Assembly: GCA_010909165.1 (NCBI GenBank)
Contig: VJWM01000287.1
Span: 62,001 to 126,000 of the forward strand
Origin: Anthoceros angustus
Lineage: Eukaryota; Plantae; Anthocerotophyta
Reading direction: 5' to 3'
Length of the DNA stretch: 64,000 nt
In this document: positions 12,901 through 26,300 of the stretch, piece after piece
Layout of the letters: every line of letters starts with the position of its first letter
Numbering within the stretch: position 1 is the stretch's first letter
Position numbers and translations under genes: made by a program
Notes under the pieces: model-generated
Seen by the model: the letters and a program-made list of their open reading frames with translations, nothing else
Databases searched by the model: none
Told to the model about the DNA's origin: nothing

Positions 12901-15059
12901 TTATGTCAACCCTATTGATTGACGAGCATGGGCGAAGAATTTGGTCCCACCTGCACCCTCCTCACATTCCACAACACGTCCCACTAGACTCCTTCGAAAA
13001 TCAGGAGCGAACATTTTTTCGAACTCAAACGTAAAAGGATGCTCCCCAAAGTTCACCCCCTTTCGGGAATCATATGGGCTAATCTTGTCGGAGCACACGG
13101 CCGGGTAAAGCTCAGTTCCCCATTCCAAGTGAGATGCACCAACAAGCAGCCACTTCAGCTGCCCGTTCCTTGTGAAGAACACTTCCTTGCTAGCCCGATT
13201 GATCCCAGCACCCATCACTTGATTGAGGACCCTCCTCGGAAAACTAAGCAACCCAGATTCATTCTCCTTGAGTTCGGCAACTGTGTCACAGCTCCAAAGC
13301 TCGGTCCTCGGACCACCTGGCACTGCAAAACCTAATCCAGGGTCGGATATACCTCCCGAGCCATACTCATAGAGAAGAGGATATTGCTGTCCTTGCAATG
13401 TGAAGCCAATGGACTGATATAACTCAGCATCTTGATTGTGCACCTCAAAGTAGTATCCAGGAAACACGCTGCCTTGGGACACTCTTATATTCCGCGGGCA
13501 AGGACTGTTACCAATGTAGGAACGAAAGGAGAATTGGCTAGGAAACCAGCCCTTAGCATTCTTCCCCTCCACATGATCCAGGGTGTTTAGGTGAGTAGGA
13601 GCCGCCCCATCCTCATCCTCCTCTGAACCAATATCATAGGCAGAGAATCATCATTCAGCTGTCCCAAGGGCTTCTACATCAATGATAGGGCATGTCAATG
13701 CACTGAGCATGTAGGGTCTCATGTTTGACATACCTGGGGCTGAGCTTCGTAGGACTTGCAGCAACTGAAGGATCTCATCACGCATTGTTATACACTCCTG
13801 GTCAGATCGGGCCCAATGCAAAACGTGGTCGAGCTTTTCCAGAGCATCCCCGTACTCACCTTTGCTGGCGTGCTCGAAGGCCTCCTCCCGGTGCCTCAGC
13901 CTACGGGCATGAAACACATCTTCCTGTCCCGGAAACATCCTAAACAACCGCGTTCGCACGTTGATGTCATCCAGCACAATGCCAAACTCTGGCAAGCTTT
14001 TATCAAACGGAGACACCACCATATGGTGATCGATGACAGTCCATCGGTCATACGTCCTTCCATCGCTGCATTTCACAGGATCGCACATCACCTCAGCTGT
14101 GATAGGATCCTCAAACCATCGATCTTCTGCATCAACATCCTGTGCAGAAGGCTCCCCTTCCTCCACCCTCCTATCCCTTCGCCCTTCCAGATTTGCCAAC
14201 ACCTACAGGTGTGCCGGAGAGACAGCATCAACACCAACCCTAAACATCACACCTCACCAACCCTTCAAACACTAAGGACAACAAATCCTCACATCTGCAA
14301 AGAACTTCTCCGTCTCCGAAGTCTGGGGCTCCGTGCTCCGGATTAGGGCAATGGCAGTGTCCAGGTTCATATTCCGATCCTGCAGCGCAACCACTCCGTC
14401 CAACACCGGTTGCAGCAGAGCCTTGAACTCGGCACGCAGATCCACTACGTTCGCATTGACCTGATGCACTTCATCCTTCCACTCCTTCTGAACAACAGCA
14501 GAATCTGCCAGGGCATCTCTCAAACCCCTTTGCACTAGGGACAGCTTGGCTCGGAACTCCTCCTGCTTGCTCTGCTCCTCGATCACCACATCGAAGATGA
14601 TGATCTGCAGCTTGGTCTGGAACGACGTGGCCAGCCCCTCCCTTGTCCTCTTCAACTTATCGTAGATGGTGCCCACGCTCCAAATAGACTTGATGAACCC
14701 ACGCTTGAGACACTCCCCCACATACTCCGCAGCCCTGTCCAAATCCTCCTTCAACGCCCCTGCTCCACCATGACAACAAGGCAGTCACCAACCGGGAACA
14801 TCTCTCCAGCCCAGATGTCATCCAGGGCCCAGACAAGCAGCAGCTGAACTTCCATACCAGCGGCCCACAGAGCGCTGTTGCTCCGAGGAGTCCTATTCTT
14901 GAGCGTGACCAGGTCCAGGTTGAGGTTGGTGATGAAGAGACTGAGCTCCCGGACAATCTCGTCGTTGTTGCGCTTCCTCAAGCACACTTCCTTCACATTC
15001 CACAGAGCCTCCAGCAAGGTGTAGCCGGCCCCTAACGCGGCCGAGATAGGCTCCACCAT
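12901..15059 (-). CDS. 619-aa protein: N-terminal MLKL/HeLo/RPW8-like helical bundle + coiled coil, U-box E3 ligase domain, TPR-like hairpin, C-terminal SPRY domain
   Basis: Exons 15059-14858, 14759-14293, 14202-13734 and 13622-12901 with GT-AG introns; 1860 nt in frame. U-box: WFEDPITAEVMCDPVKCSDGRTYDR..SPF. SPRY: YYFEV, MGAGIN..EVFFTRNG, LYPAV, VNFGEHPFTF. N-terminus MVEPISAALGAGYTLLEALW..LKEDLDRAAEYVGECLKRG is amphipathic helical; that family call is less certain. Confidence 0.82.
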
Positions 15060-15648
15060 AGCCACAAGATTCGCGCCAAACCCAGCGCTCAGATTGGAAG
15101 TGGCCCTACCCGATAATACATCTTGCATCCTCCTCGACGGCCCCGTTCACCAACCTCCAACTCCGGATCCCTCTCTAATCATGGTAGCCCCACAACACAA
15201 TGGATGAGGAAGGCCGTCGGGAAAGGATTCGCTCATTCCTTGTCGCCCAAATCTCGAAAAAGGACCGCACCGTTGACCTCCAACACAAGTCAACGCCTGT
15301 TTACGTCACCGTGACATTCGCATACAGTAAGGACGCGCTCTGGACTCAAAGCTTTCCCGATACGCGCTCAGATGCTCTACCCAAGCTGTCTCAACGAGCG
15401 CTTTCTCAAATTCCAGAGCTCATCTTGCAGCTGTATCCTCACTTGTAATTGCTGCAGATGATGTCACACAACGATAGAGTGTCTCCAATTTATCCCCCTT
15501 TCTACCCTCAACACTCCAGGCCTGGACAGTGGATACCACAGCCTGCTGCCAGCCAACGTTCACAAGGCGTGAATTCGTTGGGATATTACCTACTACGGAT
15601 TCTTGAGACTTCAGATACTTCTTGAGATCCTTGAGCAGAAGAAATCCA

Positions 15649-16496
15649 TCAGGGACAGAAGATGACATTGTAGTTGGTGCCGTGGGGGCAAGTGAAGGTG
15701 GAGGTGGCATCGTCGTAGTTGTAGCTGTATTAGGAGGGGCAGGCGGCCTTGAACAGGCGGGTGCCGTTCGAGGGGCCTTGGCCGGCGATGCCGTCGGTGT
15801 TGATGCAGAAGAGCGCCCCGGAGGGCAGGCTCAGCAGCTGGTTGTTGGCGCCGCAGAAGGATCGGATGTCGGAGATGGAGCAGGAAGGTGCGCCGCAGCT
15901 GCTGGCGACGGGCTGGATCTTGAGGCCGATGGTGTAGGTGTTCACGTCGCTGACATCGTAGAAGTCGGTGGGGCTGGCCAGGTTGAATTCCGCCAGATCG
16001 GCCAGGTTTTTGTCGTTGGCGGCGGCAGGGTTCCCCCCGGGCGCCACGCACTGCCCTCGCACTGACGCCCACACGGTGGCCAACGGCCAGCTGCAGGCGG
16101 AGCCGAAGTCCAGGGTCTGCGACTGACCTGCGGCCAGCTGGAACTGCGCGATAGGGTCGGCCCTGGATTGCGCGCAGCTGGTGACGGGGTAGGGGCAGTG
16201 GTTCTGTATCTGCAGGTAGCACCCTGCATTTTCATCCACCATCCCACACAAACAAACAAACAAACACGTTAGAACGTTTGTGCGCACAAGTTTTAGTCAA
16301 TCCTCTGGAGTTCAGGATCAAAACTAATTATCAATGCTTCATCAATCTGCGGGAAGCAAGTAGTCGATGCAATGCAGAGTCACACGGACCTTAGATAATT
16401 GTGGGATGCATCTTGCACGGCGGCCATCAGGTTGCTGGTTGCCACCAGCGCCCACAGAAGAACCCACGCTGCATTGGAATTAGATCCGAAGGCCAT
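15649..16496 (-). pseudogene. Thaumatin-like protein (PR-5) with a nonsense codon and an apparently lost splice donor
   Basis: Signal-peptide exon MAFGSNSNAAWVLLWALVATSNLMAAVQ starts at 16496; the expected phase-1 donor reads G|AT rather than G|GT. Exon 2 from 16223 has NHCPYPV, LAEFNL and DFYDVS, then FKAACPS-TAA(15732-15730)-YSYNYDDATSTFTC..YNVIFCP-TGA in the same frame. Confidence 0.85.
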
Positions 16497-16786
16497 GTCG
16501 TAGTAGAATCAGATAGGTCTATGGCAGTATGTGCAAGAGTCCAGAGCATGCGCTGTAAGCTGGGCGATCCCATAATCGGCAGTGGAGATGAGGGCTGAAA
16601 ATTCCAAGACGGTGTGATGCTATATGGGCGCTACGGTGAATGGGCGGCGGCGACTGGTTAAAAGAAATAAAAATTACTATTACAAGTAAACAGAAATTAT
16701 TATTTGTAACTCTAGTTGCCTAGCATAAATGAGCTAAAGGGCTTTGTTCTAGTCACTTGTATGTTCTCTTGTTTAATATAATATAT

Positions 16787-17014
16787 TTATTTATTCTCAA
16801 GAGCAGCCAAATTATTAGGAGCACCTTTAGACTTACGAGGTTTCATAACCTTACTATATAACCTTACTATATAGCCGCAAGATTTCATGAACAACAGGCT
16901 ACAAAAAGAGCCCAACATGAATCGCATGTGAAACTTCCAAAGCTGAAAGTTTTCACCAATAAATTTAAGGTGTTGTACCATAAAACACCTTGCCACCTCA
17001 TGAATCATGATCAC
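16787..17014 (-). mobile_element. Ty1/copia gag N-terminal remnant
   Basis: LKFIGENFQLWKFHMRFML resembles the copia gag N-terminal F.G.NF..WK..M...L motif; short, with no LTR or pol found. Confidence 0.5.
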
Positions 17015-18591
17015 AATCTACATTAGCCATGTGTGATAAAAATAGCACAAAATCATATCCAACTTGAAGCATGACAACAACCCTCCTCACGATTGGCATG
17101 CAATACCCTAATTATATAAAGATCACAACGCATCAGCACTACTGCTTGCATAACACATCAGGCATCAGCACCACTGTTTGGCATATCATATCAAAGGCCC
17201 AAAAAATCAACTATAAAATATCAACATCAACACTAACACATCATCACATACATCAGTTTCTCGCTGGCAGAAAACATAGTCATCAACATTGTTATAATTC
17301 AGCTAACATGACAAGTCTACACTTAATTAGCTCTTACAATGTTGATTACAACAACAATTTGGACTGACAATCCTGAAGATATCGATAAGTGTCGTTTTCA
17401 ATATCATTTGAAGCAACATATTACTATATTCAGCCAATTGAGAGTCTTAACAAGGTCTCCTAAGAAGTGGAGACGTGCTCCACTTTTTAGAGACTGAGGT
17501 CGTTTATATTGGCCAAATTTGACCTGTAAAATGAAAACGAAACCCTTTTTTGAGGGTTTTTCCAAAAAAAAAAAAGGGCCCAATAACACACTTTTCGAAG
17601 GACCTAACATTGTGAAAAGCACCTTTTCCAAGTTTCTCATGCCTTAGGACCACACTCGGAATGATCCAGGATTGAACCTCGTTTGGAAAAAAACCCTATT
17701 TTTCACATTTTTTGAGCGGATTTCAACCAAAGCAGACAGATTTTTTGAATCGGCACATTTGTAGCATTAGTAATGAATACAAGCCTCGTTGCAAACCCCG
17801 CACATGACCAACATTAATGACACAAGGCTATTTTATAGATTGGTTGTGGCAAGCCGAATACGCTGCCGATGCTATGTATAAAAAATCGTGTTCCAAGGAA
17901 ACGGAATAGATATGAGTAAAAATATCATATAATTTCAAAAGTACATATCACCATGTATACATTCGGAATCTTATGTCAAAGTAAATGAAAAATAAATGGG
18001 AAGTAATAGGTTCAGAATCATGCAAGACCGGTTGTCCAAAGGTCACTTCCTTTCCTTTCAAAAAGGCTTCATAAGCCATTTATGAATTACTGTCCTTCAC
18101 ACTGTCTACGTGGATGTCTGAAAAACAGTCGGTGCCATTGCTCATGACATACACGTATCCAAAATCTGGGGATGGAGCCCCCCGATCACAGCCTCAACTC
18201 AGTCCCACATAACTTAAAATAACCGATGATGGAGCTCCCTGAGCTCAGCCTCAACTCAGTCACACATAACTTAGAAAGTAACTATGTAAATAAAAGACCA
18301 AAATGCCTATGTCACAGGTACTAAACCAAAACCTTGCCGACTATCCTGATCTATGTTGTACACCTCCCCTTGCTGAACGCCGAGACCTACATAGAACATC
18401 ATACATTGTCAGCAGCAGCATACACAAGAGAAAGGGCAGAAGCATACAAAGGCATCAAGAGGAGCATACAAAAGCAGCATGCCCATGGGTCATGTTCCCT
18501 GTGGCTCAATCTTGACGGAAGCACCCTCCACTGCTGCCAAAGCTTTGGCAGCACATTCTGCTGCTGCCATCACTAGGGCCAGATCCCTCTG

Positions 18592-21500
18592 CCGCCTTCT
18601 CACAGACCACACTAAAAGCACAGGCACTGCTCTCCCTCAAATGCTGGTAGAGGCAAAAGTCGTGGTAGGAGTGTCCACAAGGAAGGAATGAAAAGTTATG
18701 TGCCCCATACCACCTTCACAAGGCCACTTCAAGTGGTCAGCTTCTACTTCACCCACATGCACTTGATTAAGCATCCACTTCAACCTAGACCACTACAAAC
18801 TGGCACCATGACATCTGCCTCCACTTGAACAGTGCCAGTGGAAGGTGCTCCACTGCACCATAACCAGTGCAGCTCCATAATTATCACTATCACGTGGAAG
18901 GTGCTCCAAAGCACCATAATCAGTGCATCACCATAACTACCACCTCACTTGGAGCACCATCCACTTGGAGCACACCGCACTATCACGACACGTACTAGTG
19001 GCCCACAACAAAGCACCATCCACTTGAATGATCGCACTATCATAGAACACGATACCATCGGTCCGGATCACCACCATCCACATTCGGACCGACCACCACA
19101 GTACGACACCATAAAAGACTGGTAGCACAACAAAGCAATGTGTCATACGCCTCTGTCAAGATAGTAATCGTATACATGGTGTACTATGCATTTATCCAAA
19201 ATTAGGATTCGACCATTGATAAGAAAGAGGTGACCAAACTTCATCACGCAACATACCGTACATAAGGGATGTATTCACCTTCAACTCCCAGACCTCTACC
19301 AAGCGGGCTTCAATCCAAGTGGTGGCCAAAGAGGCCCCTGGTCGCCTCATCAAGGAAGATAGTTCACGGTGTGCCGCTATGTCTTGCTCATGCCGCGCCA
19401 CCCCTTTTCTCCATATCTCCACAGACTTAGCCGTGTGTGCTCACGCTATGGCAAGTTCAGACACCAAGCTCTCCTCCTTTTCTCCAAAGAACTAATCTTG
19501 GTTGTCTTCACTTCTTGACCGGTTGACGCAGCCTCATACTTCCAAGGCCGCCTAACCCTTTTTCAGCTTGTCAACTTCCTCATGCACCTCCAAGAGAACT
19601 TTCTCTTTATGCTTCACCCGCCTCAGAATAACTACAAGATCCTCTAGAGAACCTTCCGTGAAGGTGCCATGACGTCTAAACATAGGCCAAGTCCTAGACT
19701 TGCTCGTGGCCACACACCCCACCGTCTCTGTATGAATTGCGCAACCTCATCATGAGAAGTTGACTCCACCGGATCTTTGGTCGCAGCAGTTTCCACCATG
19801 GCTTGCTTTGTTTCAAGCTCTTCCGTCCCGGATGGGCTTCACGCTCGAATCTCTTCATCAAGAGGCTAGCACCTTGGACTCTCGAGCATGAGAGCGTGTC
19901 CGCTGGCTATTACTCTCCTCGCCAGAAGGTCCCTCTCGCTTGACCGCCATCCACAAACATATGTACCTCAACTTCGTTGTCCTCCACAAGAACATCCTCG
20001 GCACGCATCTTCTTTTGTTGTTTCGCTTCAACCACACCCGCCTCAAGTGCCTTTGTCTTGTCATAAGTGAACCACCAATGGAAACACCTTTCAACTTCTC
20101 CACAAGCACTCCAAGTGCCATCTTCCGAGGAATGAACTTCTTCCCTCGAGGGCCGCCCGACACACAATAACACAAATCATCAATGCTTTCCCACTGCTAC
20201 TGGAAATCACCTTGCAACTTGCAACACGTTCCGAGACCACTTGAATCCTTCTGCTCTTCCCAGCTATCGGCCCAAACACACTAACGATGAACTCGTCACC
20301 CCAATAAGATCTTTCGTAATATCGTATGAAATGTCCCTAACGTTGAAACCAAAGACTACGGAGTGTGCCATCTTCTTCTTTCCACATATCTCAAAGCTTT
20401 CCTTACTTCTTGACATGTTCGGTCCTTTCACGCACCTCCGCCTTCTCACGACCACACTAAAGCATGTGCACGCCTCCTCAAATGCCGGTAGAGGCAAAAG
20501 TCGTGGTAGGAGTGTCCACAAGGAAGGAATGAAAAGTTATGTGCCCCATACCACCTTCACAAGGCCACTTCAAGTGGTCACTTCTACTTCACCCACATGC
20601 ACTTGATTAAGCATCCACTTCAACCTAGACCACTACAAACCGGCACCATGACATCCGCCTCCAACCCGATCCACCACAAGGAAGGTGCTCCACCGCACCA
20701 TAACCGCAGGCCCATAATTATCACTATCACGTGGAAGGTGCTCCAAAGCACCATAATCGGCATCACCATAACTACCACCTCACTTGAGCACCATCCACTT
20801 GGAGCACACCGCACTATCACGTAACACGCCTAGTGGCCCACAACAAGACCATCCACTTGAAATGCGCACTATCATAGAACACGATACCATCGGGTCCGAT
20901 CACCACCATCCACATTCGGATGACCACCACAAGACGACACCATAAAAGACCTGGTAGCACAACAAAGCAATGTGCATAGTACCTGTTCTCTCAAGATGCA
21001 GTAATCGTATACATGGTGTACTATGCATTTATCCAAAATTAGGATTCGACCATTGATAAGAAAGAGGTGACCAAACTTCATCACGCAACATACCCGTACA
21101 TAAGGGATGTATTCGCCTTCAACTCCCAGACCTCTACCAAGCGGGCTTCAATCCAAGTGGCCAAAGAGGCCCCTGCTGGTCGCCTCATCAAGGAAGATAG
21201 TTCACGGTGTGCCGCTATGTCTTGCTCATGCCGCGCCACCCCTTTTCTCCATATCTCCACAGACTCCTTAGTGCAGCCGCCAAGTGGCAAGTTCTACACC
21301 AAGCTCTCCTCCTTTTCTCCAAAGAACTAATCTTGGTTGTCTTCACTTCTTGACCGGTTGACGCAGCCTCATACTTCCAAGGCCGCCTAACCCTTTTTCA
21401 GCTTGTCAACTTCCTCATGCACCTCCAAGAGAACTTTCTTTATGCTTCACCCGCCTCAGAATAACTACAAGATCCTCTAGAGAACCTTCCGTGAAGGTGC

Positions 21501-22279
21501 CATGACGCCTAAACATAGGCCAAGTCCTAGACTTGCTCGTGGCCACACACCCCACCGTCTCTGTATGAATTGCGCAACCTCATCATGAGAAGTTGACTCC
21601 ACCGGATCTTTGGTCGCAGCAGTTTCCACCATGGCTTGCTTTGTTTCAAGCTCTTCCGTCCCGGATGGGCTTCACGCTCGAATCTCTTCATCAAGAGGCT
21701 AGCACCTTGGACTCTCGAGCATGAGAGCGTGTCCGCTGGCTATTACTCTCCTCGCCAGAAGGTCCCTCTCGCTTGACCGCCATCCACAAACATATGTACC
21801 TCAACTTCGTTGTCCTCCACAAGAACATCCTCGGCACGCATCTTCTTTTGTTGTTTCGCTTCAACCACACCCCGCCTCAAGTGCCTTTGTCTTGTCATAA
21901 GTGAACCACCAATGGAAACACCTTTCAACTTCTCCACAAGCACTCCAAGTGCCATCTTCCGAGGAATGAACTTCTTCCTCGAGGGCCGCCCGACACACAA
22001 TAACACAAATCATCAATGCTTTCCCACTGCTACTGGAAATCACCTTGCAACTTGCAACACGTTCCGAGACCACTTGAATCCTTCTGCTCTTCCCAGCTAT
22101 CGGCCCAAACACACTAACGATGAACTCGTCACCCCAATAAGATCTTTCGTAATATCGTATGAAATGTCCCTAACGTTGAAACCAAAGACTACGGAGTGTG
22201 CCATCTTCTTCTTTCCACATATCTCAAAGCTTTCCTTACTTCTTGACATGTTCGGTCCTTTCACGCACCTCCGCCTTCT
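18592..22279. repeat. ~1.84-kb tandem duplication
   Basis: 18592-20446 recurs at 20438-22279; ccgccttct is present at all three junction points. Confidence 0.92.
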
Positions 22280-22330
22280 TCCTCGCCTTCCTCGAAACAA
22301 ACTCAGCTCCTCTTCAAAGTCACCATATTG
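19192..22330 (-). pseudogene. Orphan, frameshifted, partly coiled-coil gene (duplicated), probably TE cargo
   Basis: Linked ORF pieces (SFEICGKKKMAHSVVFGFNV..., KMALGVLVEKLKG..., EIWRKGVARHEQDIAAHRELS...WSNPNFG) occur in both duplicate units; no recognisable family. Confidence 0.45.
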
Positions 22331-22599
22331 TTAACTCGCCAACTCGCGAAAGCGAAAACAGAAAGCGCTAACCAGCAGATGGATTGGATCAAATCCATGA
22401 AAACCGAAAACAACCATAACAGAAAACATCCTTCCATCTTTCACTCCCTTCTCTCCAAAGAACCACCACCAACATCCCTTCACCGCCACTTCTTTCTCCA
22501 ATAAAGAGGTCCATCCTGTGCCCGTGGTGTCCATCTCACCAAAGCCACCACATCGCTAGCCTCCAACCCGATCCACCACAAGGAGGACCATGACTCAAA

Positions 22600-22870
22600 G
22601 AACTCACACTCCAAAGACACCTCGACTCACACCTCCACCATTGGCACACCACAAACTCCGCACAACTCCAACTCCGCACACCTCCAACTCCGACACCTCC
22701 AACCCCAAGACACCTCCTACTCCCAAGACACCTCCAACTCCGCACACCTCCAACTCCAGCACACCTCCAACTCCGGCACACCTCCTACTCCGGCACACCT
22801 CCTACTCCGACACACCTCCAACCCCAGCACACCTCCAACCCCAGCACACCTCCAACCCCAGCACACCCAA
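22600..22870. repeat. Low-complexity ~18-bp cacacctccaac-type tandem repeat
   Basis: Repeated gcacacctccaac(c/t)cc units; a similar C-rich tract lies at ~36915-37100 on the other side of the large insertion. Confidence 0.75.
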
Positions 22871-23319
22871 CTTCCATATTGCCACTCTGGCTCCTCCCAA
22901 TTCACCACAAGAGGGGCGACCACACAGCCTGCATCATCCCAAACAGCCTCCACTCCATGATTACAGACTGGCCTTCACTCTACAAACATGATAATATTTG
23001 AAGGGGCTCAATGTACAAAGCCGCTTCCCACAGAAAAGAAGCCGCTTCTGTTATTTCTCTACAGTAACCAAAACAGCGGATTATGTGTGTGGTTGGAAGG
23101 GGAAGGTGATTGGTGGGTAGAGTGTACCATGCAAACGTTTTCGACACCGGTGGATAGGATCGGCACGCATGCCGCCGGCCCTTATCCACCACCGTCCTAA
23201 CGTACACGGATTATGGCGACCTCGAAAACAATGTTTTTAATGCATGCTGCGAGAAGTAAAGCAGAGGTCGGCGCCGGCATGACGGCGACTACTCTCCGAT
23301 TATAATGTTCCACACATGT

Positions 23320-26300
23320 CTATGGCTTAAGAGAGCTGGACTGATCGAACCTAAGGACAATGGTCATCCATGCCGGTTTGAGTATCTCGAGGACATTGTC
23401 CAGACACGCTATCCATAACAACTTCCGCCCTTTCGCAGCGTGTCTGTCTTCAAAGTTGTCAATTTCCTCCATGGCATTATCTTCGATGGAATGGTCTTCT
23501 CCGGCGCCAGTGGCGGAGTCGTTTTGGGGCCACACAGCGTCCAGTGGCTGCCCAACGTCAAGGAGGTCGCCGGACTTCTCCTTACTTCTGCTGGCTGCCA
23601 AACGCACAACCTGCGACTGTGACCCATCCTTCTCAGATAGACTCACCTCTTTTGCCCAGAACTGGGTCGGTCCTCGCCGATGTGGCTCGTGATTCAACTC
23701 CTCTTCAAGGCCGGAGCACTTCATTGCCATGGATTCTCCGGGAATGAACTCTGCGCACCTTTTGTCCACCTCGATTGCAATGCGCTTGCGCCAAAAGCAA
23801 AGCACCAATGTTGTTGACCCACTACCGACAAACATCCAAAATCCAGTCCCCTCCTTGAGAAACTTTTGATGAGCTTCATCATCAAAGACAAAGGCCGTTG
23901 ATAAGCACATACCACCGCCTTGTCCAATGATGTGTACAACAACTTTTCACCATGTAGGGTGGGCAATGACCGCCGCCCATTATTGAAAGACCCATGAATG
24001 TCGAGGATCATGGAGACTTTTGACCTTTGGTCTCAAATGTTAACCCCATCCTATTGTGACGTACTCCATAGTGTCGTAGCCACCAAAGTCCATATTCGCT
24101 TGTCCCATACAAAGACACCAGCCTCCTCCGCACCACTTTCGCATTGCCTCCCGACGACATGTTGCTCTTCAACCCCATGCATCACTATCATTCTCATCTC
24201 CGGCACCGGTCATGTCGTGGAAGGAGTGAAACATTTTTCCCAATTGAAAGAGATCTAACTTCACATCATGTTTACCTTTGTTGAATCCTGGGCACATCCA
24301 TGATCATCGAGTGTACTTGCGGATCCCGAGGAACCCCTCATGTCCGCATCTCAGAATGACCGGTACTTCACGATATCCTCTGCTTTTGGCACTGTGAAGG
24401 ATTGAAGCCCCTCCTCCATGTCCATATCTGCTAGCGCTCTGCTCATTTTCAAGTCCCTTCCATGTATGAACCTCGAGAATAAAGGCTTGAAAATCTTCGT
24501 AGCTTCTTCAGGTCCTCAACATCTTTAATTTTCAATGGGTGTCAAACGAAATGGGTTAGCGTGTGTGCAAGGCCATGGCATGAGAGGCGGCATGCGCGCC
24601 TCGGGATCTTGCAAATAATGGAAGGAAATATATTTACCTTGCCCTCAAATGCGGTTTGAAAATCGCAATAACTTCGTCTCAAGAGTGTTGAGGGTATTCT
24701 TGTCTCACCATTTCAAGGAGTCACAAGCCGGATGTTTAGCCATTGCCACATGACATGAAATTTCTTCAAGGGTAACTTCCTTCGCCATTCTGCTGAGATC
24801 CGGAGGACATTGTCCAGACACGCTATCCATAACAACTTCCAGTCCTTCGAGCGTGCTCCGTGTCTTCAAAGTTGTCAATTTCCTCCATGGCATTATCTTG
24901 ATGGAATGGTCTTCTCGCGGGCGGGTCGTGAGCACCTAAGGTCGGCCGCCTAACGCCAAGGAGGTCGCCGGACTTCTCCTCGCCAAACGCACAACCTGCG
25001 ACTGTGACCCATCCTTCTCAGATAGACTCACCTCTTTTGCCCAGAACTGGGTCGGTCCTCGCCGATGTGGCTCGTGATTCAACTCCTCTTCTGCGTCCGG
25101 GAGCACTTCATTGCCATGGATTCTCTGGGGAATGAACTCTGCGCACCTTTTGTCCACCTCGATTGCAATGCGCTTGCGCCAAGCAAAGCGACCAATGTTG
25201 TTGACCCACTACCAAAGACAAATATCCACCTCCTTGGAGAAACTTTTGATGAGCTTCATCATCAAAGACAAAGGCCGTTGATAAGCACATACCACCAGCT
25301 TGTCCAATGATGTGTACAACAACTTTTTCACCATTGTAGGGTGGGCAATGACTGCTCGCCCATTATTGAAAGACCCATGAATGTCAGTAGGGATCATGGA
25401 GACTTTTGACCTTTGGCTGTCAAATGTTAACCCCCATCCTATTGTGACGTACTCCATAGTGTCGTAGCCACCGAAGTCGTTGTGCATATTCGTCTTGTCC
25501 CATACAAAGACACCAGCCCTCCTCCTCTGCACCACTTTCGCATTGCCTCCCTGACGACATGTTGCTCTTCAACCCCATGCATCACTATCATTCTCATCTC
25601 CGCAGGTGGTCATGTCGGAAGGAGTGAAACATTTTTCCCAATTGAAAGAGATCTAACTTCACATCATGTTTACCTTTGTTGAATCCTCGGGGCACATCCA
25701 TGATCATCGAGTGTACTTATGGATCCCGAGGAACCCCTCATGTCTGCGCATCTCTCTCTAATGACCGGTACTTCACGATATCCTCTTTTTTGGCAGTGGA
25801 TTGAAGCCCCTCATCCATGTCCATATCTGCTAGCGCTCTCTGCTCATTTTCGAGTCCCTTCCATGTATGAACCTCGAGAATAAAGGCTTGAAAATCTTCA
25901 GGTAGCTTCTTCAGGTCCTCAACATCTTTAATTTGCTGAATGGGTGTCAAACGAAATGGGTTAGCGTGTGACAGTGCAAGGCCATGGCATGAGAGGGCGC
26001 CGGCATGCCGGCGCCCTCAGTGGGATCTTGCAAATAATGGAAGGAAATATATTTACCTTGCCCTCAAATGCGGTTTGAAATCTGGCAATAACTTCGTCTG
26101 AAGAGTGTTGAGGGTATTCTTGTCTCACCATTTCGAAGGAGTCACAAGCCAGATGTTTAGCCATTGCCACCTGTATGACATGAAATTTCTTTCGAAGGGT
26201 AACTTCCTTCGCCATTCCGTTGAGATCTAGGAGGCCAGTTAGTACTTTCTCTGTTACACTTATCAGCATCTGTTGTCCTGGCTGTCCATGTGGGACACCT

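Noticed and set aside
18100-18104. CACTG as a CACTA/EnSpm terminus
   Set aside because: No matching CAGTG-ended inverted repeat with a 3-bp TSD could be found.
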